NCBI RefSeq assembly: GCF_051903065.1
Contig: NZ_CP178438.1
From: Escherichia coli
GTDB taxonomy: Bacteria; Pseudomonadota; Gammaproteobacteria; Enterobacterales; Enterobacteriaceae
Direction: 5' to 3' (one strand)
DNA length: 64,000 bases
Shown: piece after piece, positions 1 through 11,674 of the stretch
Numbering within the stretch: position 1 is the stretch's first letter
How the letters are laid out: each line of letters begins with the position of its first letter
The notes under the pieces: generated by a model
What the model was told of the DNA's origin: nothing
Seen by the model: the letters and a program-made list of their open reading frames with translations, nothing else
Databases searched by the model: none
Made by a program: the position numbers and the translations under genes

Positions 1-6
1 GGTTTA

Positions 7-399
<393 letters not shown>

Positions 400-1557
400 T
401 CAGGATGCGGGGATAACCAACGGTTTATTCCCGCTTAGCTCGGTCACCAGATCATTGATGCCATCGCTCATATTTTTAAAGCGCGTCAACGGCGAACGAG
501 TGACCACCACAAACGCGCCAATATTCTTCTGCGGGATCATCGCCATATAGGTAATGAAACCGCCACCACCACCTGTCTTCTGAATAATCCCCGGACGACC
601 CTCTTTCGGGGCCATATATACCCAGCCTAAACCAAGCGCATCCGCTTTGCCGGGGACATCCATGCCAATCACTTTCGTAAACTGCGCGCGCTGATAAATC
701 AACGTCTGCATGCGATCTGCCTGGTTACTGCGCTGATAAAAATCAGATGACAAATACTGCTGCATCCAGCGCATCATATCGCCAGGCGTGGAATAGACGC
801 CGCCGCTGCCAATTGCCGCCAGCGTGTTATTGCACGGACTGGCACCGCGCTCTGCAACCATTAAACGGCGGCACTGATCCGGTGAGGGGGTGTAGGTGGT
901 GTCTTTCATCCCCAATGGACGGGTAATCTGCTCTTCAAACAACTGGGTATAAGGCTTGCCGGACGCATTCGCCAGTGCATCTGCCAGCAGGTCGAACGCA
1001 AGGTTAGAGTACGCCGCCTGACTGCCTGGCGCGGCTTTCAGCTTCGCCGTAGAAAGGTATTTCCAGCGTTGCTCGCGCGTTGGCCAGACAAACACCGGAC
1101 GATGTGCCGCGCCACCGGGCTGTTCACGGGGCAGGGCGCTGGTATGGGTTGCCAGATTGACCAGCGTAATGGGCGTCCCATTGTAGGTTGGCACGCATGC
1201 GCCTGGCGGAGCATATTTACTTAGCGGATCGTTTAACTTCACGGTCCCCTGGTCGAGCAATTTCACCAGCATCTCACTGGTCATTAGCTTGGTGAGGGAA
1301 GCAATACGCACGACCGAATCCAGCTGCGGGCGAACGTTATTACCAGGTCGCGTTTCGCCATAACTGCGAAAGACGCGCTGGTTACCGTCGATAACAACCA
1401 GCGCCATCCCCGTGGCACCGCTGCCGTAAAAAATATGATCGGCATAACGATCAACAATATCAGAAGCGAACTCCGGTTCAGTGATCGGCTGTGCCGCATG
1501 GACGGAGGTCAATGACGCCGCACACAGCACGGCAGAAAAAAGCAGACTACGTTTCAA
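400..1557 (-). CDS. ampH: Penicillin-binding protein AmpH (class C beta-lactamase-like D-Ala carboxypeptidase)
   Basis: 385-aa ORF with signal peptide and SxxK motif (ASLTK); recognised sequence and synteny. Confidence 0.9.
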   Translation of the reverse strand: MKRSLLFSAVLCAASLTSVHAAQPITEPEFASDIVDRYADHIFYGSGATGMALVVIDGNQRVFRSYGETRPGNNVRPQLDSVVRIASLTKLMTSEMLVKLLDQGTVKLNDPLSKYAPPGACVPTYNGTPITLVNLATHTSALPREQPGGAAHRPVFVWPTREQRWKYLSTAKLKAAPGSQAAYSNLAFDLLADALANASGKPYTQLFEEQITRPLGMKDTTYTPSPDQCRRLMVAERGASPCNNTLAAIGSGGVYSTPGDMMRWMQQYLSSDFYQRSNQADRMQTLIYQRAQFTKVIGMDVPGKADALGLGWVYMAPKEGRPGIIQKTGGGGGFITYMAMIPQKNIGAFVVVTRSPLTRFKNMSDGINDLVTELSGNKPLVIPAS

Positions 1558-1908
1558 CGGTGGTGTCCATAAATTGAATGAAGGTAACTGAGCGTATTTA
1601 TACTACTCATTGATGGATTGCAAAGGGCGAATTAGTGCAATAATAGTGTTAAAAACGTAACGGCGCGTAAACACGATCTTTTTCCTGCTCACCAATGCCT
1701 GCATTTGTGATCCTGCGCGTGTTAATCCGCTTATGTAAACAATCTTTGGTTTGTGAAATCCGTCGAAACAATTCTTATGGTCAGGCTGGCGAACTAAGCG
1801 CCTTGCTATGGGTCACAATGGGCGGTTTCATTTGGCTGACGCTTTGTAGCGGTCATGCGGTTAATACACAGCAGTTGTTAAAACGATAAGAAGTTAGCAG
1901 GAGTGCAT

Positions 1909-3129
1909 ATGTTTAAGTCTTTTTTCCCAAAGCCGGGAACGTTTTTTCTCTCGGCCTTTGTTTGGGCATTGATTGCCGTTATCTTCTGGCAAGCCGGTGG
2001 GGGTGACTGGGTGGCGCGTATCACCGGCGCTTCCGGGCAGATCCCGATTAGCGCCGCGCGTTTCTGGTCGTTGGATTTCCTGATTTTTTACGCTTACTAC
2101 ATTGTTTGCGTAGGACTTTTTGCATTGTTCTGGTTTATCTACAGCCCGCATCGTTGGCAATACTGGTCAATACTCGGTACTGCGCTGATTATCTTCGTCA
2201 CCTGGTTTTTGGTGGAAGTCGGGGTTGCCGTCAACGCCTGGTATGCGCCGTTCTATGATCTGATTCAAACCGCGCTAAGTTCGCCGCATAAAGTCACCAT
2301 CGAACAATTTTACCGCGAAGTGGGCGTCTTTCTGGGGATTGCGCTGATCGCGGTAGTGATCAGTGTGCTGAATAACTTCTTTGTCAGTCACTACGTGTTC
2401 CGCTGGCGTACGGCGATGAACGAATATTACATGGCGAACTGGCAACAACTGCGTCATATCGAAGGCGCCGCACAGCGTGTGCAGGAAGACACCATGCGTT
2501 TTGCTTCAACGCTGGAGAATATGGGTGTCAGTTTTATCAACGCCATCATGACGTTGATCGCCTTCCTGCCGGTGCTGGTAACGCTCTCCGCGCATGTGCC
2601 GGAGCTGCCGATTATCGGGCACATTCCGTATGGTCTGGTGATTGCCGCTATCGTCTGGTCGCTGATGGGGACCGGATTGCTGGCAGTGGTAGGGATCAAA
2701 CTGCCGGGGCTGGAGTTTAAAAACCAGCGAGTAGAGGCTGCCTACCGTAAAGAGCTGGTTTATGGTGAAGACGATGCCACGCGCGCGACGCCGCCTACGG
2801 TACGCGAGCTGTTTAGCGCCGTACGGAAAAACTATTTCCGCCTCTATTTTCACTATATGTATTTCAACATCGCTCGCATTCTCTATTTGCAGGTCGATAA
2901 CGTTTTCGGTTTGTTCTTGCTGTTTCCGTCAATTGTTGCCGGTACGATTACGCTCGGCCTGATGACGCAGATTACCAACGTTTTTGGTCAGGTTCGCGGT
3001 GCTTTCCAGTACCTGATTAACTCATGGACCACACTGGTTGAGTTGATGTCTATCTACAAACGTCTGCGCAGCTTTGAACATGAGCTGGATGGTGACAAAA
3101 TTCAGGAAGTAACCCATACCTTGAGCTAA
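1909..3129 (+). CDS. sbmA: Peptide antibiotic/microcin transporter SbmA
   Basis: Recognised N-terminus [31 protein letters not shown]; ORF-track start at 1903 is 2 codons upstream of the start I recall. Confidence 0.9.
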   Translation: MFKSFFPKPGTFFLSAFVWALIAVIFWQAGGGDWVARITGASGQIPISAARFWSLDFLIFYAYYIVCVGLFALFWFIYSPHRWQYWSILGTALIIFVTWFLVEVGVAVNAWYAPFYDLIQTALSSPHKVTIEQFYREVGVFLGIALIAVVISVLNNFFVSHYVFRWRTAMNEYYMANWQQLRHIEGAAQRVQEDTMRFASTLENMGVSFINAIMTLIAFLPVLVTLSAHVPELPIIGHIPYGLVIAAIVWSLMGTGLLAVVGIKLPGLEFKNQRVEAAYRKELVYGEDDATRATPPTVRELFSAVRKNYFRLYFHYMYFNIARILYLQVDNVFGLFLLFPSIVAGTITLGLMTQITNVFGQVRGAFQYLINSWTTLVELMSIYKRLRSFEHELDGDKIQEVTHTLS

Positions 3130-3141
3130 AAAGGAGAAGTA

Positions 3142-4236
3142 ATGTCGCGCGTCAATCATCTATCTTCGCTGTCATTGTTGGCGGTTCTGGTTTTAGCGGG
3201 GTGCAGTAGTCAGGCTCCGCAACCGTTGAAAAAGGGCGAAAAAGAGATAGATGTGGCGAGCGTCGTGCGGCAGAAGATGCCTGCGAACGTGAAAGACCGT
3301 GATGCCTGGGCAAAAGATCTCGCCACCACCTTTGAAAGTCAGGGGCTGGCACCGACGCTGGAAAACGTCTGCTCGGTGCTGGCGGTGGCGCAGCAGGAGT
3401 CAAATTATCAGGCAGATCCGGCCGTTCCGGGCTTAAGCAAAATCGCCTGGCAAGAGATTGACCGTCGTGCTGAACGGATGCACATTCCTCCTTTTCTGGT
3501 TCATACCGCGCTAAAAATCAAATCGCCAAACGGCAAAAGTTATAGCGAACGGTTAGATTCGGTGCGTACAGAAAAGCAATTGAGCGCGATTTTTGACGAT
3601 CTGATCAGCATGGTGCCAATGGGGCAGACGCTGTTTGGTTCGCTTAATCCGGTGCGCACCGGTGGGCCGATGCAGGTCAGCATTGCTTTTGCCGAACAGC
3701 ATACCAAAGGGTATCCGTGGAAAATGGACGGTACAGTCCGTCAGGAAGTCTTTAGTCGCCGCGGCGGGTTGTGGTTTGGTACTTACCATTTACTGAATTA
3801 TCCCGCCAGTTATAGCGCACCGATATACCGTTTTGCTGATTTTAACGCTGGCTGGTACGCCAGCCGTAATGCCGCGTTTCAGAACGCGGTCAGTAAGGCC
3901 AGCGGCGTGAAGCTGGCACTGGACGGTGATTTAATTCGTTACGACAGTAAAGAACCCGGGAAAACCGAACTGGCAACGCGCAAACTGGCGGCAAAACTGG
4001 GGATGAGCGACAGCGAAATTCGTCGTCAGCTAGAGAAAGGTGACAGCTTCTCTTTTGAGGAGACGGCGCTGTACAAGAAAGTTTATCAACTTGCCGAAGC
4101 GAAAACGGGTAAATCACTCCCCCGCGAAATGTTGCCTGGCATTCAACTGGAAAGCCCGAAAATCACCCGCAACCTGACTACGGCCTGGTTTGCGAAGCGC
4201 GTAGACGAACGGCGGGCGCGTTGTATGAAACAGTGA
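3142..4236 (+). CDS. yaiW: Surface-exposed lipoprotein YaiW
   Basis: 364-aa ORF; lipobox LAGC after signal peptide; immediately downstream of sbmA. Confidence 0.85.
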   Translation: MSRVNHLSSLSLLAVLVLAGCSSQAPQPLKKGEKEIDVASVVRQKMPANVKDRDAWAKDLATTFESQGLAPTLENVCSVLAVAQQESNYQADPAVPGLSKIAWQEIDRRAERMHIPPFLVHTALKIKSPNGKSYSERLDSVRTEKQLSAIFDDLISMVPMGQTLFGSLNPVRTGGPMQVSIAFAEQHTKGYPWKMDGTVRQEVFSRRGGLWFGTYHLLNYPASYSAPIYRFADFNAGWYASRNAAFQNAVSKASGVKLALDGDLIRYDSKEPGKTELATRKLAAKLGMSDSEIRRQLEKGDSFSFEETALYKKVYQLAEAKTGKSLPREMLPGIQLESPKITRNLTTAWFAKRVDERRARCMKQ

Positions 4237-4252
4237 TCAAACAGGAATGTCA

Positions 4253-4285
4253 TGCCAGATAAGGCGTTTTAGGCCGTATCTGGCA
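4253..4285. terminator. Inverted repeat (tgccagata...tatctggca) between convergent yaiW and yaiY; REP-like bidirectional terminator
   Basis: 9-bp perfect inverted repeat seen in sequence. Confidence 0.4.
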
Positions 4286-4294
4286 ACGTAAATC

Positions 4295-4603
4295 TTACTG
4301 GCGGCGATGTCGCCAGTGCAGCCATAGCGCCACCACTGCAAAAATGAGGCAGCCTACTAAAAACGGGATCAGCCCGAAAATGGTGCCGACACCTAAACCA
4401 ATTTCCACCCGTGGGCGACCTGTTTCCTGGACCTGCATTAAACGCTCATAGACGCCGGGCGCATGCACTAACAGGTTCAGCAATTGCGCCCCAGCCCAAA
4501 AGCAAAACAGCACAAACAACGCATAGGCAATGTTGCCAGGCGTTGAAGAGGCATTGCGATATTTTCCGCTAAACAGCGATTTTGACAGGGTGAAATCAGC
4601 CAT
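4295..4603 (-). CDS. yaiY: Inner membrane protein YaiY
   Basis: 102-aa hydrophobic ORF; synteny. Confidence 0.8.
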
Positions 4604-4862
4604 AAAAACCTCCGGAAGTCATCTGCTTCTCTTCTGGTGTGATACCAGCGGCTTATGGCAAGTCTGACAGGTCATTTAGATTGTCAATATCAGAATCATG
4701 GTAAATTGATGTTGGGAATATTCCCGAAGCGTGAATCTTCGCTGCGAGTCACAAAATAGCAACTTTAAGTTAAATTTATTAACAATTGCGAAAATGTTGT
4801 CTACACCACAGACGGTTGTTGCAGAATATGCAAGGATGTTGTTTTTCGTTAACGGAGCAGCC

Positions 4863-5075
4863 ATGAATCTGCCTGTAAAAATCCGCCGTGACTGGCACTA
4901 CTATGCGTTCGCCATTGGTCTTATATTCATTCTTAATGGCGTGGTGGGGTTACTGGGATTTGAAGCAAAAGGTTGGCAGACCTATGCCGTCGGTCTGGTG
5001 ACATGGGTGATTAGTTTCTGGCTGGCGGGGTTGATTATTCGTCGTCGCGATGAAGAAACTGAAAACGCCCAATAA
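4863..5075 (+). CDS. yaiZ: Small membrane protein YaiZ (70 aa)
   Basis: ORF-track 114-aa frame trimmed to internal ATG at 4863 (MNLPVKIRRDW...), giving the 70-aa two-TM protein I recall; start choice uncertain. Confidence 0.65.
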   Translation: MNLPVKIRRDWHYYAFAIGLIFILNGVVGLLGFEAKGWQTYAVGLVTWVISFWLAGLIIRRRDEETENAQ

Positions 5076-5098
5076 GAATATTATCGGGCGTTAAAATA

Positions 5099-6193
5099 TT
5101 ACATTGTGGTTTTCAATGCGTTATCCGCAGCGTGACGCTCCAGCGCCAGCTCAATCAAACGTGTGATCAGATCGGTGTAACCCAGACCGCTGGCTTGCCA
5201 CAGCTTCGGATACATACTGATGTTGGTGAAGCCAGGCAGTGTGTTGATCTCGTTGATCACCACTTCGTTCTCTGGGGTTAAAAACACGTCTACACGTGCC
5301 ATGCCTGCGCATCCCAACGTCTGATAAGCTTGAACGGCAATCGCCCGGATCTTATCGTTGATTTCTGGCGCAATGGCTGCCGGAACTACCACTTTCGCGC
5401 CATCTTCGTCAATGTACTTGGTGTCGTAGGCATAGAAATCGCTGGTGAGTACGATCTCACCACAGGTGCTGGCTTGCGGATTGTCGTTGCCCAGAACTGC
5501 GCATTCGATCTCACGACCTTTGATCCCTTGCTCAACGATCACTTTATGATCGAACTCGAACGCCAGATCGACGGCAATTGCGTACTGTTCTTCACTGGTT
5601 ACTTTGCTGACACCAACAGAAGAGCCCTGATTAGCCGGTTTTACAAACAGTGGTAACCCCAGTTTAGACTCCACTTCGGCAAAACTAATGTTGTGACGAT
5701 TAGCGCGCGTCAGGGTAATAAATGGCGCAATGTTCAGCCCGGCATCGCGTAGCAGACGTTTGGTGACATCTTTGTCCATACAGGCTGCTGAAGCCAGAAC
5801 ATCAGAACCTACAAACGGTAAATTGGCGACCCGCAGCATTCCCTGCAAGGAACCATCTTCGCCCAGCGTACCGTGGACAATCGGGAAAATGACATCCACC
5901 GTCGGCAACGGCTGACCGTTTTGCGCGTCGATAAGCTGATGCTCATGTTTACCTGGCACCTGGGCGAGGCTGGTCGCCGAAGGGCGCAACGCAATATGGG
6001 CAGGATCGTCTGCATTTAGCAGATAATTGCTGGCATCGCTGACGTGCCATTGCCCTTGTTTATCAATGCCCAGCAGCACAACGTCGAAGCGACTTTTATC
6101 AATGGCATCGACAATGTTTTTTGCCGATTGCAGAGACACTTCATGTTCCGCTGATTTACCACCAAAAACGATTCCTACCCGCAGTTTTTCCAT
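5099..6193 (-). CDS. ddlA: D-alanine--D-alanine ligase A
   Basis: 364-aa ORF, ATP-grasp Ddl sequence recognised ([33 protein letters not shown]). Confidence 0.95.
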   Translation of the reverse strand: MEKLRVGIVFGGKSAEHEVSLQSAKNIVDAIDKSRFDVVLLGIDKQGQWHVSDASNYLLNADDPAHIALRPSATSLAQVPGKHEHQLIDAQNGQPLPTVDVIFPIVHGTLGEDGSLQGMLRVANLPFVGSDVLASAACMDKDVTKRLLRDAGLNIAPFITLTRANRHNISFAEVESKLGLPLFVKPANQGSSVGVSKVTSEEQYAIAVDLAFEFDHKVIVEQGIKGREIECAVLGNDNPQASTCGEIVLTSDFYAYDTKYIDEDGAKVVVPAAIAPEINDKIRAIAVQAYQTLGCAGMARVDVFLTPENEVVINEINTLPGFTNISMYPKLWQASGLGYTDLITRLIELALERHAADNALKTTM

Positions 6194-6655
6194 CTTAAAA
6201 ACCTATCCCGTCTAACACAAAGTGCATACATTACCACGACAAAACGGGGGATTCGCGGCCTTCTGAAAGATTGTTGCAATCTTCTGCTGACAAAGCGTGC
6301 AACGTACTGGTGAAGAAAGTGCGTTATCTCAAAGATGTGCGCAAGATCACAAAAATGATGAACGGGAAGCTAATTTATTCCTGGCTTAAATGGCCATGCG
6401 GTGAGTTTTTTTCTCTTAATTATAAGTTAACGAAGAGAATATATTTCATAACTTTTATTTATAATAAAGGTTGATAATTAAAAGCCTATATTTTGTGTGG
6501 ATAATTATTTAAATAAGAGAAACGTTTCGCTGGTAATCAAACAAAAAATATTTGCGCAAAGTATTTCCTTTGTCATAAAAATAATACTTCCAGACACTAT
6601 GAAGTTGTGAAACATAATGTTAACTTCTCCATACTTTGGATAAGGAAATACAGAC

Positions 6656-6916
6656 ATGAAAAATCTCATTGCTGAGTTGTTATTTAAGCTTGCCCAAAAA
6701 GAAGAAGAGTCGAAAGAACTGTGTGCGCAGGTAGAAGCTTTGGAGATTATCGTCACTGCAATGCTTCGCAATATGGCGCAAAATGACCAACAACGGTTGA
6801 TTGATCAGGTAGAGGGGGCGCTGTACGAGGTAAAGCCCGATGCCAGCATTCCTGACGACGATACGGAGCTGCTGCGCGATTACGTAAAGAAGTTATTGAA
6901 GCATCCTCGTCAGTAA
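6656..6916 (+). CDS. iraP: Anti-adaptor protein IraP (RpoS stabiliser)
   Basis: 86-aa [35 protein letters not shown]...; preceded by a long AT-rich leader. Confidence 0.85.
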
Positions 6917-6936
6917 AAAGTTAATCTTTTCAACAG

Positions 6937-6956
6937 CTGTCATAAAGTTGTCACGG
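6937..6956 (+). promoter_or_regulatory. Pho box (PhoB binding site) of the phoA promoter
   Basis: ctgtcataaagttgtcacgg matches the Pho-box direct-repeat consensus CTGTCAT-N4-CTGTCAC; a -10-like tatagt follows at 6965-6970. Confidence 0.75.
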
Positions 6957-7016
6957 CCGAGACTTATAGTCGCTTTGTTTTTATTTTTTAATGTATTTGT
7001 ACATGGAGAAAATAAA

Positions 7017-8432
7017 GTGAAACAAAGCACTATTGCACTGGCACTCTTACCGTTACTGTTTACCCCTGTGACAAAAGCCCGGACACCAGAAATGCCTGTT
7101 CTGGAAAACCGGGCTGCTCAGGGCGATATTACTGCACCCGGCGGTGCTCGCCGCTTAACGGCTGATCAGACCGCCGCTCTGCGTGATTCTCTTAGCGATA
7201 AACCTGCAAAAAATATTATTTTGCTGATTGGTGATGGGATGGGGGACTCGGAAATTACTGCCGCACGCAATTATGCCGAAGGTGCGGGCGGCTTTTTTAA
7301 AGGTATCGATGCCTTACCGCTTACCGGGCAATACACTCACTATGCGCTGAATAAAAAAACCGGCAAACCGGACTACGTCACCGACTCGGCTGCATCAGCA
7401 ACCGCCTGGTCAACCGGTGTCAAAACCTATAACGGCGCGCTGGGCGTCGATATTCACGAAAAAGATCACCCAACGATTCTGGAAATGGCAAAAGCCGCAG
7501 GTCTGGCGACCGGTAACGTTTCTACCGCAGAGTTGCAGGATGCCACGCCCGCTGCGCTGGTGGCGCATGTGACCTCGCGCAAATGCTACGGTCCGGGCGC
7601 GACCAGTGAAAAATGTCCGGGTAACGCTCTGGAAAAAGGCGGAAAAGGATCGATTACCGAACAGTTACTTAACGCTCGTGCCGACGTTACGCTTGGCGGT
7701 GGCGCAAAAACCTTTGCTGAAACGGCAACCGCAGGTGAATGGCAGGGAAAAACGCTGCGTGAACAGGCACAGGCGCGTGGTTATCAGTTGGTGAGCGATG
7801 CTGCCTCACTGAATTCGGTGACGGAAGCGAATCAGCAAAAACCCCTGCTTGGCCTGTTTGCTGACGGCAATATGCCAGTGCGCTGGCTAGGACCGAAAGC
7901 AACGTATCACGGTAATATTGATAAGCCCGCAGTCACCTGTACGCCTAATCCGCAACGTAATGACAGTGTACCGACCCTGGCACAGATGACCGACAAAGCC
8001 ATTGAATTGTTGAGTAAAAATGAGAAAGGCTTTTTCCTGCAAGTTGAAGGTGCGTCAATCGATAAACAGGATCATGCTGCGAATCCTTGTGGGCAAATTG
8101 GCGAGACGGTCGATCTCGATGAAGCCGTACAACGGGCGCTGGAATTCGCCAAAAAGGATGGTAACACGTTGGTCATAGTCACCGCTGATCACGCCCACGC
8201 CAGCCAGATTGTTGCGCCGGATACCAAAGCTCCGGGCCTCACCCAGGCGCTAAATACCAAAGATGGCGCAGTGATGGTGATGAGTTACGGGAACTCCGAA
8301 GAGGATTCACAAGAACATACCGGCAGTCAGTTGCGTATTGCGGCGTATGGCCCGCATGCCGCCAATGTCGTTGGACTGACCGACCAGACCGATCTCTTCT
8401 ACACCATGAAAGCCGCTCTGGGGCTGAAATAA
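7017..8432 (+). CDS. phoA: Alkaline phosphatase PhoA (471-aa precursor, GTG start)
   Basis: Recognised signal peptide [21 protein letters not shown]; the ORF-track ATG at 6948 lies inside the Pho box, so the in-frame GTG at 7017 is the likely start. Confidence 0.95.
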   Translation: MKQSTIALALLPLLFTPVTKARTPEMPVLENRAAQGDITAPGGARRLTADQTAALRDSLSDKPAKNIILLIGDGMGDSEITAARNYAEGAGGFFKGIDALPLTGQYTHYALNKKTGKPDYVTDSAASATAWSTGVKTYNGALGVDIHEKDHPTILEMAKAAGLATGNVSTAELQDATPAALVAHVTSRKCYGPGATSEKCPGNALEKGGKGSITEQLLNARADVTLGGGAKTFAETATAGEWQGKTLREQAQARGYQLVSDAASLNSVTEANQQKPLLGLFADGNMPVRWLGPKATYHGNIDKPAVTCTPNPQRNDSVPTLAQMTDKAIELLSKNEKGFFLQVEGASIDKQDHAANPCGQIGETVDLDEAVQRALEFAKKDGNTLVIVTADHAHASQIVAPDTKAPGLTQALNTKDGAVMVMSYGNSEEDSQEHTGSQLRIAAYGPHAANVVGLTDQTDLFYTMKAALGLK

Positions 8433-8439
8433 AACCGCT

Positions 8440-8476
8440 CCCGGCAGTGAATTTTCGCTGCCGGGTGGTTTTTTTG
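8440..8476 (+). terminator. Stem-loop cccggcag/ctgccggg followed by a T-run, downstream of phoA
   Basis: 8-bp perfect stem, 10-nt loop, then tggttttttt. Confidence 0.6.
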
Positions 8477-8550
8477 CTGTTAGCAACCAGACTTAATGGC
8501 AGATCACGGGCGCATACGCTCATGGTTAAAACATGAAGAGGGATGGTGCT

Positions 8551-8871
8551 ATGAAAATAACATTACTGGTTACCTTGCTTTTCGGTCTGGTTTTTTTAAC
8601 CACCGTCGGCGCTGCCGAGAGAACTTTAACCCCACAACAACAGCGTATGACCTCCTGTAATCAGCAGGCGACGGCGCAGGCGTTGAAAGGGGATGCTCGT
8701 AAGACCTACATGAGTGATTGCCTGAAGAACAGCAAGTCTGCGCCTGGCGAAAAAAGTTTGACGCCACAGCAGCAAAAGATGCGCGAATGTAATAATCAAG
8801 CAACGCAACAATCTCTGAAAGGTGATGATCGTAATAAGTTTATGAGTGCCTGCCTCAAGAAAGCCGCCTGA
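8551..8871 (+). CDS. psiF: Phosphate starvation-inducible protein PsiF
   Basis: Signal peptide plus duplicated LTPQQQ(R/K)M..CN.QA motif; trimmed to ATG at 8551. Confidence 0.85.
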   Translation: MKITLLVTLLFGLVFLTTVGAAERTLTPQQQRMTSCNQQATAQALKGDARKTYMSDCLKNSKSAPGEKSLTPQQQKMRECNNQATQQSLKGDDRNKFMSACLKKAA

Positions 8872-8972
8872 CACCTGATAGTGCTAACGGGTGAGCTACG
8901 AAAATGGCTCACCCGAAATTTCATACTTCTGCCTTTAGCTCCGTCTCTATAATTTGGGAAAATTGTTTCTGA

Positions 8973-10088
8973 ATGTTCCCAAAAATAATGAATGATGAAA
9001 ACTTTTTCAAAAAAGCGGCGGCGCACGGGGAGGAACCTCCTTTAACTCCTCAAAACGAACATCAGCGGTCCGGGCTGCGCTTCGCCCGTCGCGTCAGACT
9101 ACCCCGTGCGGTTGGCCTGGCTGGCATGTTCTTACCGATTGCTTCAACGCTGGTTTCACACCCGCCGCCGGGCTGGTGGTGGCTGGTGTTGGTCGGCTGG
9201 GCGTTCGTCTGGCCGCATTTAGCCTGGCAGATAGCGAGCAGGGCCGTCGATCCGCTTAGCCGGGAAATTTACAACTTAAAAACCGATGCAGTATTAGCGG
9301 GAATGTGGGTAGGCGTAATGGGCGTAAACGTGCTGCCTTCCACCGCGATGTTGATGATTATGTGTCTGAATTTGATGGGGGCAGGCGGCCCCCGTCTGTT
9401 TGTCGCGGGTCTGGTGTTGATGGTGGTTTCCTGCCTTGTCACCCTCGAGCTGACGGGCATTACCGTGTCGTTCAATAGTGCGCCGCTGGAATGGTGGCTC
9501 TCCCTTCCCATTATTGTCATTTATCCTCTGCTGTTTGGCTGGGTCAGCTACCAGACGGCAACCAAACTGGCGGAACATAAACGCAGGTTGCAGGTCATGA
9601 GTACACGCGACGGCATGACGGGCGTGTATAACCGACGTCATTGGGAAACTATGTTACGCAATGAATTTGATAACTGTCGGCGACATAATCGCGATGCAAC
9701 GTTACTGATTATCGATATCGACCATTTCAAGAGCATCAACGATACCTGGGGCCATGATGTGGGCGATGAAGCGATTGTGGCGCTTACCCGACAGTTACAA
9801 ATTACCCTGCGTGGTAGCGATGTGATTGGTCGGTTTGGCGGCGATGAGTTTGCAGTAATCATGTCCGGTACGCCAGCTGAGAGCGCCATTACCGCCATGT
9901 TACGAGTGCATGAAGGATTAAATACGTTACGCCTGCCGAATACGCCGCAGGTGATGTTACGGATTAGTGTGGGGGTTGCGCCGCTGAACCCACAAATGAG
10001 TCACTATCGTGAGTGGTTGAAATCGGCAGATTTGGCGCTCTACAAAGCAAAGAAAGCCGGACGTAACCGCACCGAAGTGGCGGCCTGA
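8973..10088 (+). CDS. dgcC: Diguanylate cyclase DgcC (YaiC/AdrA), membrane MASE2 + GGDEF
   Basis: N-terminal TM helices; GGDEF signature RFGGDEF present. Confidence 0.9.
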   Translation: MFPKIMNDENFFKKAAAHGEEPPLTPQNEHQRSGLRFARRVRLPRAVGLAGMFLPIASTLVSHPPPGWWWLVLVGWAFVWPHLAWQIASRAVDPLSREIYNLKTDAVLAGMWVGVMGVNVLPSTAMLMIMCLNLMGAGGPRLFVAGLVLMVVSCLVTLELTGITVSFNSAPLEWWLSLPIIVIYPLLFGWVSYQTATKLAEHKRRLQVMSTRDGMTGVYNRRHWETMLRNEFDNCRRHNRDATLLIIDIDHFKSINDTWGHDVGDEAIVALTRQLQITLRGSDVIGRFGGDEFAVIMSGTPAESAITAMLRVHEGLNTLRLPNTPQVMLRISVGVAPLNPQMSHYREWLKSADLALYKAKKAGRNRTEVAA

Positions 10089-10104
10089 CGTCCGGCGAAA
10101 GTCA

Positions 10105-10914
10105 TCAGGATTTGCTGAGTTTTTCTGATTTTTCCATACACTTCGTCATCGCTTCGATCACTGCAGCACGGAAGCCTTTCTCTTCCAGTACGCGTACCGC
10201 TTCAATGGTGGTGCCTCCCGGTGAGCAGACCATATCTTTCAGTGCCCCTGGATGTTCTCCCGTTTCCAGCACCATTTTTGCGGAACCCATTACCGCCTGA
10301 GCGGCAAATTTATACGCCTGGGCGCGTGGCATCCCGCCCAGCACGGCGGCGTCGGCCATCGCTTCGATAAACATAAATACGTAGGCTGGCGAAGAACCGC
10401 TCACACCGACCACCGGGTGGATCATCGGCTCAGCAATTACTTCCGCTTCGCCAAAGCAGCGGAAAATATTCAGCACATCAGCGGTATCTTCTGGGGTTAC
10501 CAGCGCGTTTGGCGTTACGGAGGTCATCCCGGCATTAACCAGCGCGGGAGTGTTCGGCATGGCGCGGATAATTTTCCGGTCATGGCCCAGCGCGCGGGCA
10601 AGCTGGTCGAGCGTGACACCTGCAGCAATAGAAACGACCAGAGAGTCTTTATTGAGGCTGGAGGTGATTTCGCTAAGCACTTTAATCATGATGCCAGGTT
10701 TAACGGCGGCAAAAATGATGTCGGCGATTTGCGCCACTTCTTGCGCCGATTCTGCGGCGTTGATGCCGAACTGGTCATGCAGGGCGGCGACTTTATCCGG
10801 GGAGGGGGTGTATACCCAGATTTGCCCTGGAAGCACCTGACCGCTGGCAATCAGACCGCCGAGAATGGCTTTTCCCATATTGCCGCAGCCAATAAAACCG
10901 ATTTTCTTTTCCAT
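10105..10914 (-). CDS. proC: Pyrroline-5-carboxylate reductase
   Basis: Rossmann motif FIGCGNMG; trimmed to MEKKIGFIG start (269 aa). Confidence 0.9.
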   Translation of the reverse strand: MEKKIGFIGCGNMGKAILGGLIASGQVLPGQIWVYTPSPDKVAALHDQFGINAAESAQEVAQIADIIFAAVKPGIMIKVLSEITSSLNKDSLVVSIAAGVTLDQLARALGHDRKIIRAMPNTPALVNAGMTSVTPNALVTPEDTADVLNIFRCFGEAEVIAEPMIHPVVGVSGSSPAYVFMFIEAMADAAVLGGMPRAQAYKFAAQAVMGSAKMVLETGEHPGALKDMVCSPGGTTIEAVRVLEEKGFRAAVIEAMTKCMEKSEKLSKS

Positions 10915-11033
10915 TGCCTCACTCCTGCCGTGAAATTCATTGTTTTGATAATCGCTGGCAGAAGCATAAACAGAACTATGCCGGAAGGCAAAAGCGCGAC
11001 ACAATAGAGGATTACCCAACAAAGGATGACTTT

Positions 11034-11492
11034 ATGACAATTTGGGTGGATGCCGACGCGTGTCCCAATGTAATTAAAGAGATTTTGTATCGCGCGGCGG
11101 AACGTATGCAGATGCCGCTGGTACTGGTAGCAAACCAGAGTTTACGCGTGCCGCCATCGCGATTTATTCGTACGCTGCGCGTCGCGGCAGGTTTCGACGT
11201 TGCCGATAACGAAATTGTCCGGCAGTGTGAAGCGGGCGATTTGGTGATCACCGCAGATATACCTTTGGCTGCTGAAGCCATCGAGAAAGGCGCTGCGGCG
11301 CTTAATCCGCGCGGTGAACGTTACACGCCAGCGACCATTCGTGAGCGCCTGACGATGCGCGATTTTATGGATACCTTACGTGCCAGTGGGATCCAGACCG
11401 GCGGACCAGATAGCCTTTCACAACGTGACCGCCAGGCATTTGCCGCGGAGCTGGAGAAGTGGTGGCTGGAAGTGCAACGTAGTCGTGGCTAA
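11034..11492 (+). CDS. yaiI: UPF0178 family protein YaiI
   Basis: ORF trimmed to [13 protein letters not shown] (152 aa); divergent from proC. Confidence 0.8.
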   Translation: MTIWVDADACPNVIKEILYRAAERMQMPLVLVANQSLRVPPSRFIRTLRVAAGFDVADNEIVRQCEAGDLVITADIPLAAEAIEKGAAALNPRGERYTPATIRERLTMRDFMDTLRASGIQTGGPDSLSQRDRQAFAAELEKWWLEVQRSRG

Positions 11493-11494
11493 AT

Positions 11495-11617
11495 GTAATT
11501 TATTATTTACACTTCATTCTTGAATATTTATTGGTATAGTAAGGGATGTATTGAGATTTTCACTTTAAGTGGAATTTTTTCTTTACAATCGAAATTGTAC
11601 TAGTTTGATGGTATGAT
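11495..11617 (+). promoter_or_regulatory. aroL promoter region with TyrR boxes and a TrpR operator-like site
   Basis: tgtaatttattatttaca (11495-11512) and tggaattttttctttaca (11571-11588) fit TGTAAA-N6-TTTACA; gtactagtttgatggta (11598-11614) resembles a trp operator half-site arrangement; tatgat -10 candidate at 11612-11617. Confidence 0.6.
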
Positions 11618-11674
11618 CGCTATTCTCATGACACCGGCTTTCGCCGCATTGCGACCTATTGGGGAAAACCCACG

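Noticed and set aside
1284-1499. 71-aa ORF inside ampH, same strand, different frame
   Set aside because: Out-of-frame overlap within a recognised gene.
6271-6474. 67-aa ORF in the ddlA-iraP intergenic region
   Set aside because: AT-rich region, no convincing RBS, low-complexity product; more likely chance frame in the iraP leader.
6948-7016. ATG-initiated 5' extension of phoA from the ORF track
   Set aside because: The ATG lies inside the Pho box and promoter; the in-frame GTG at 7017 gives the known PhoA signal peptide.
10252-11007. 251-aa plus-strand ORF overlapping proC
   Set aside because: Antisense to proC; low-complexity composition; spurious.
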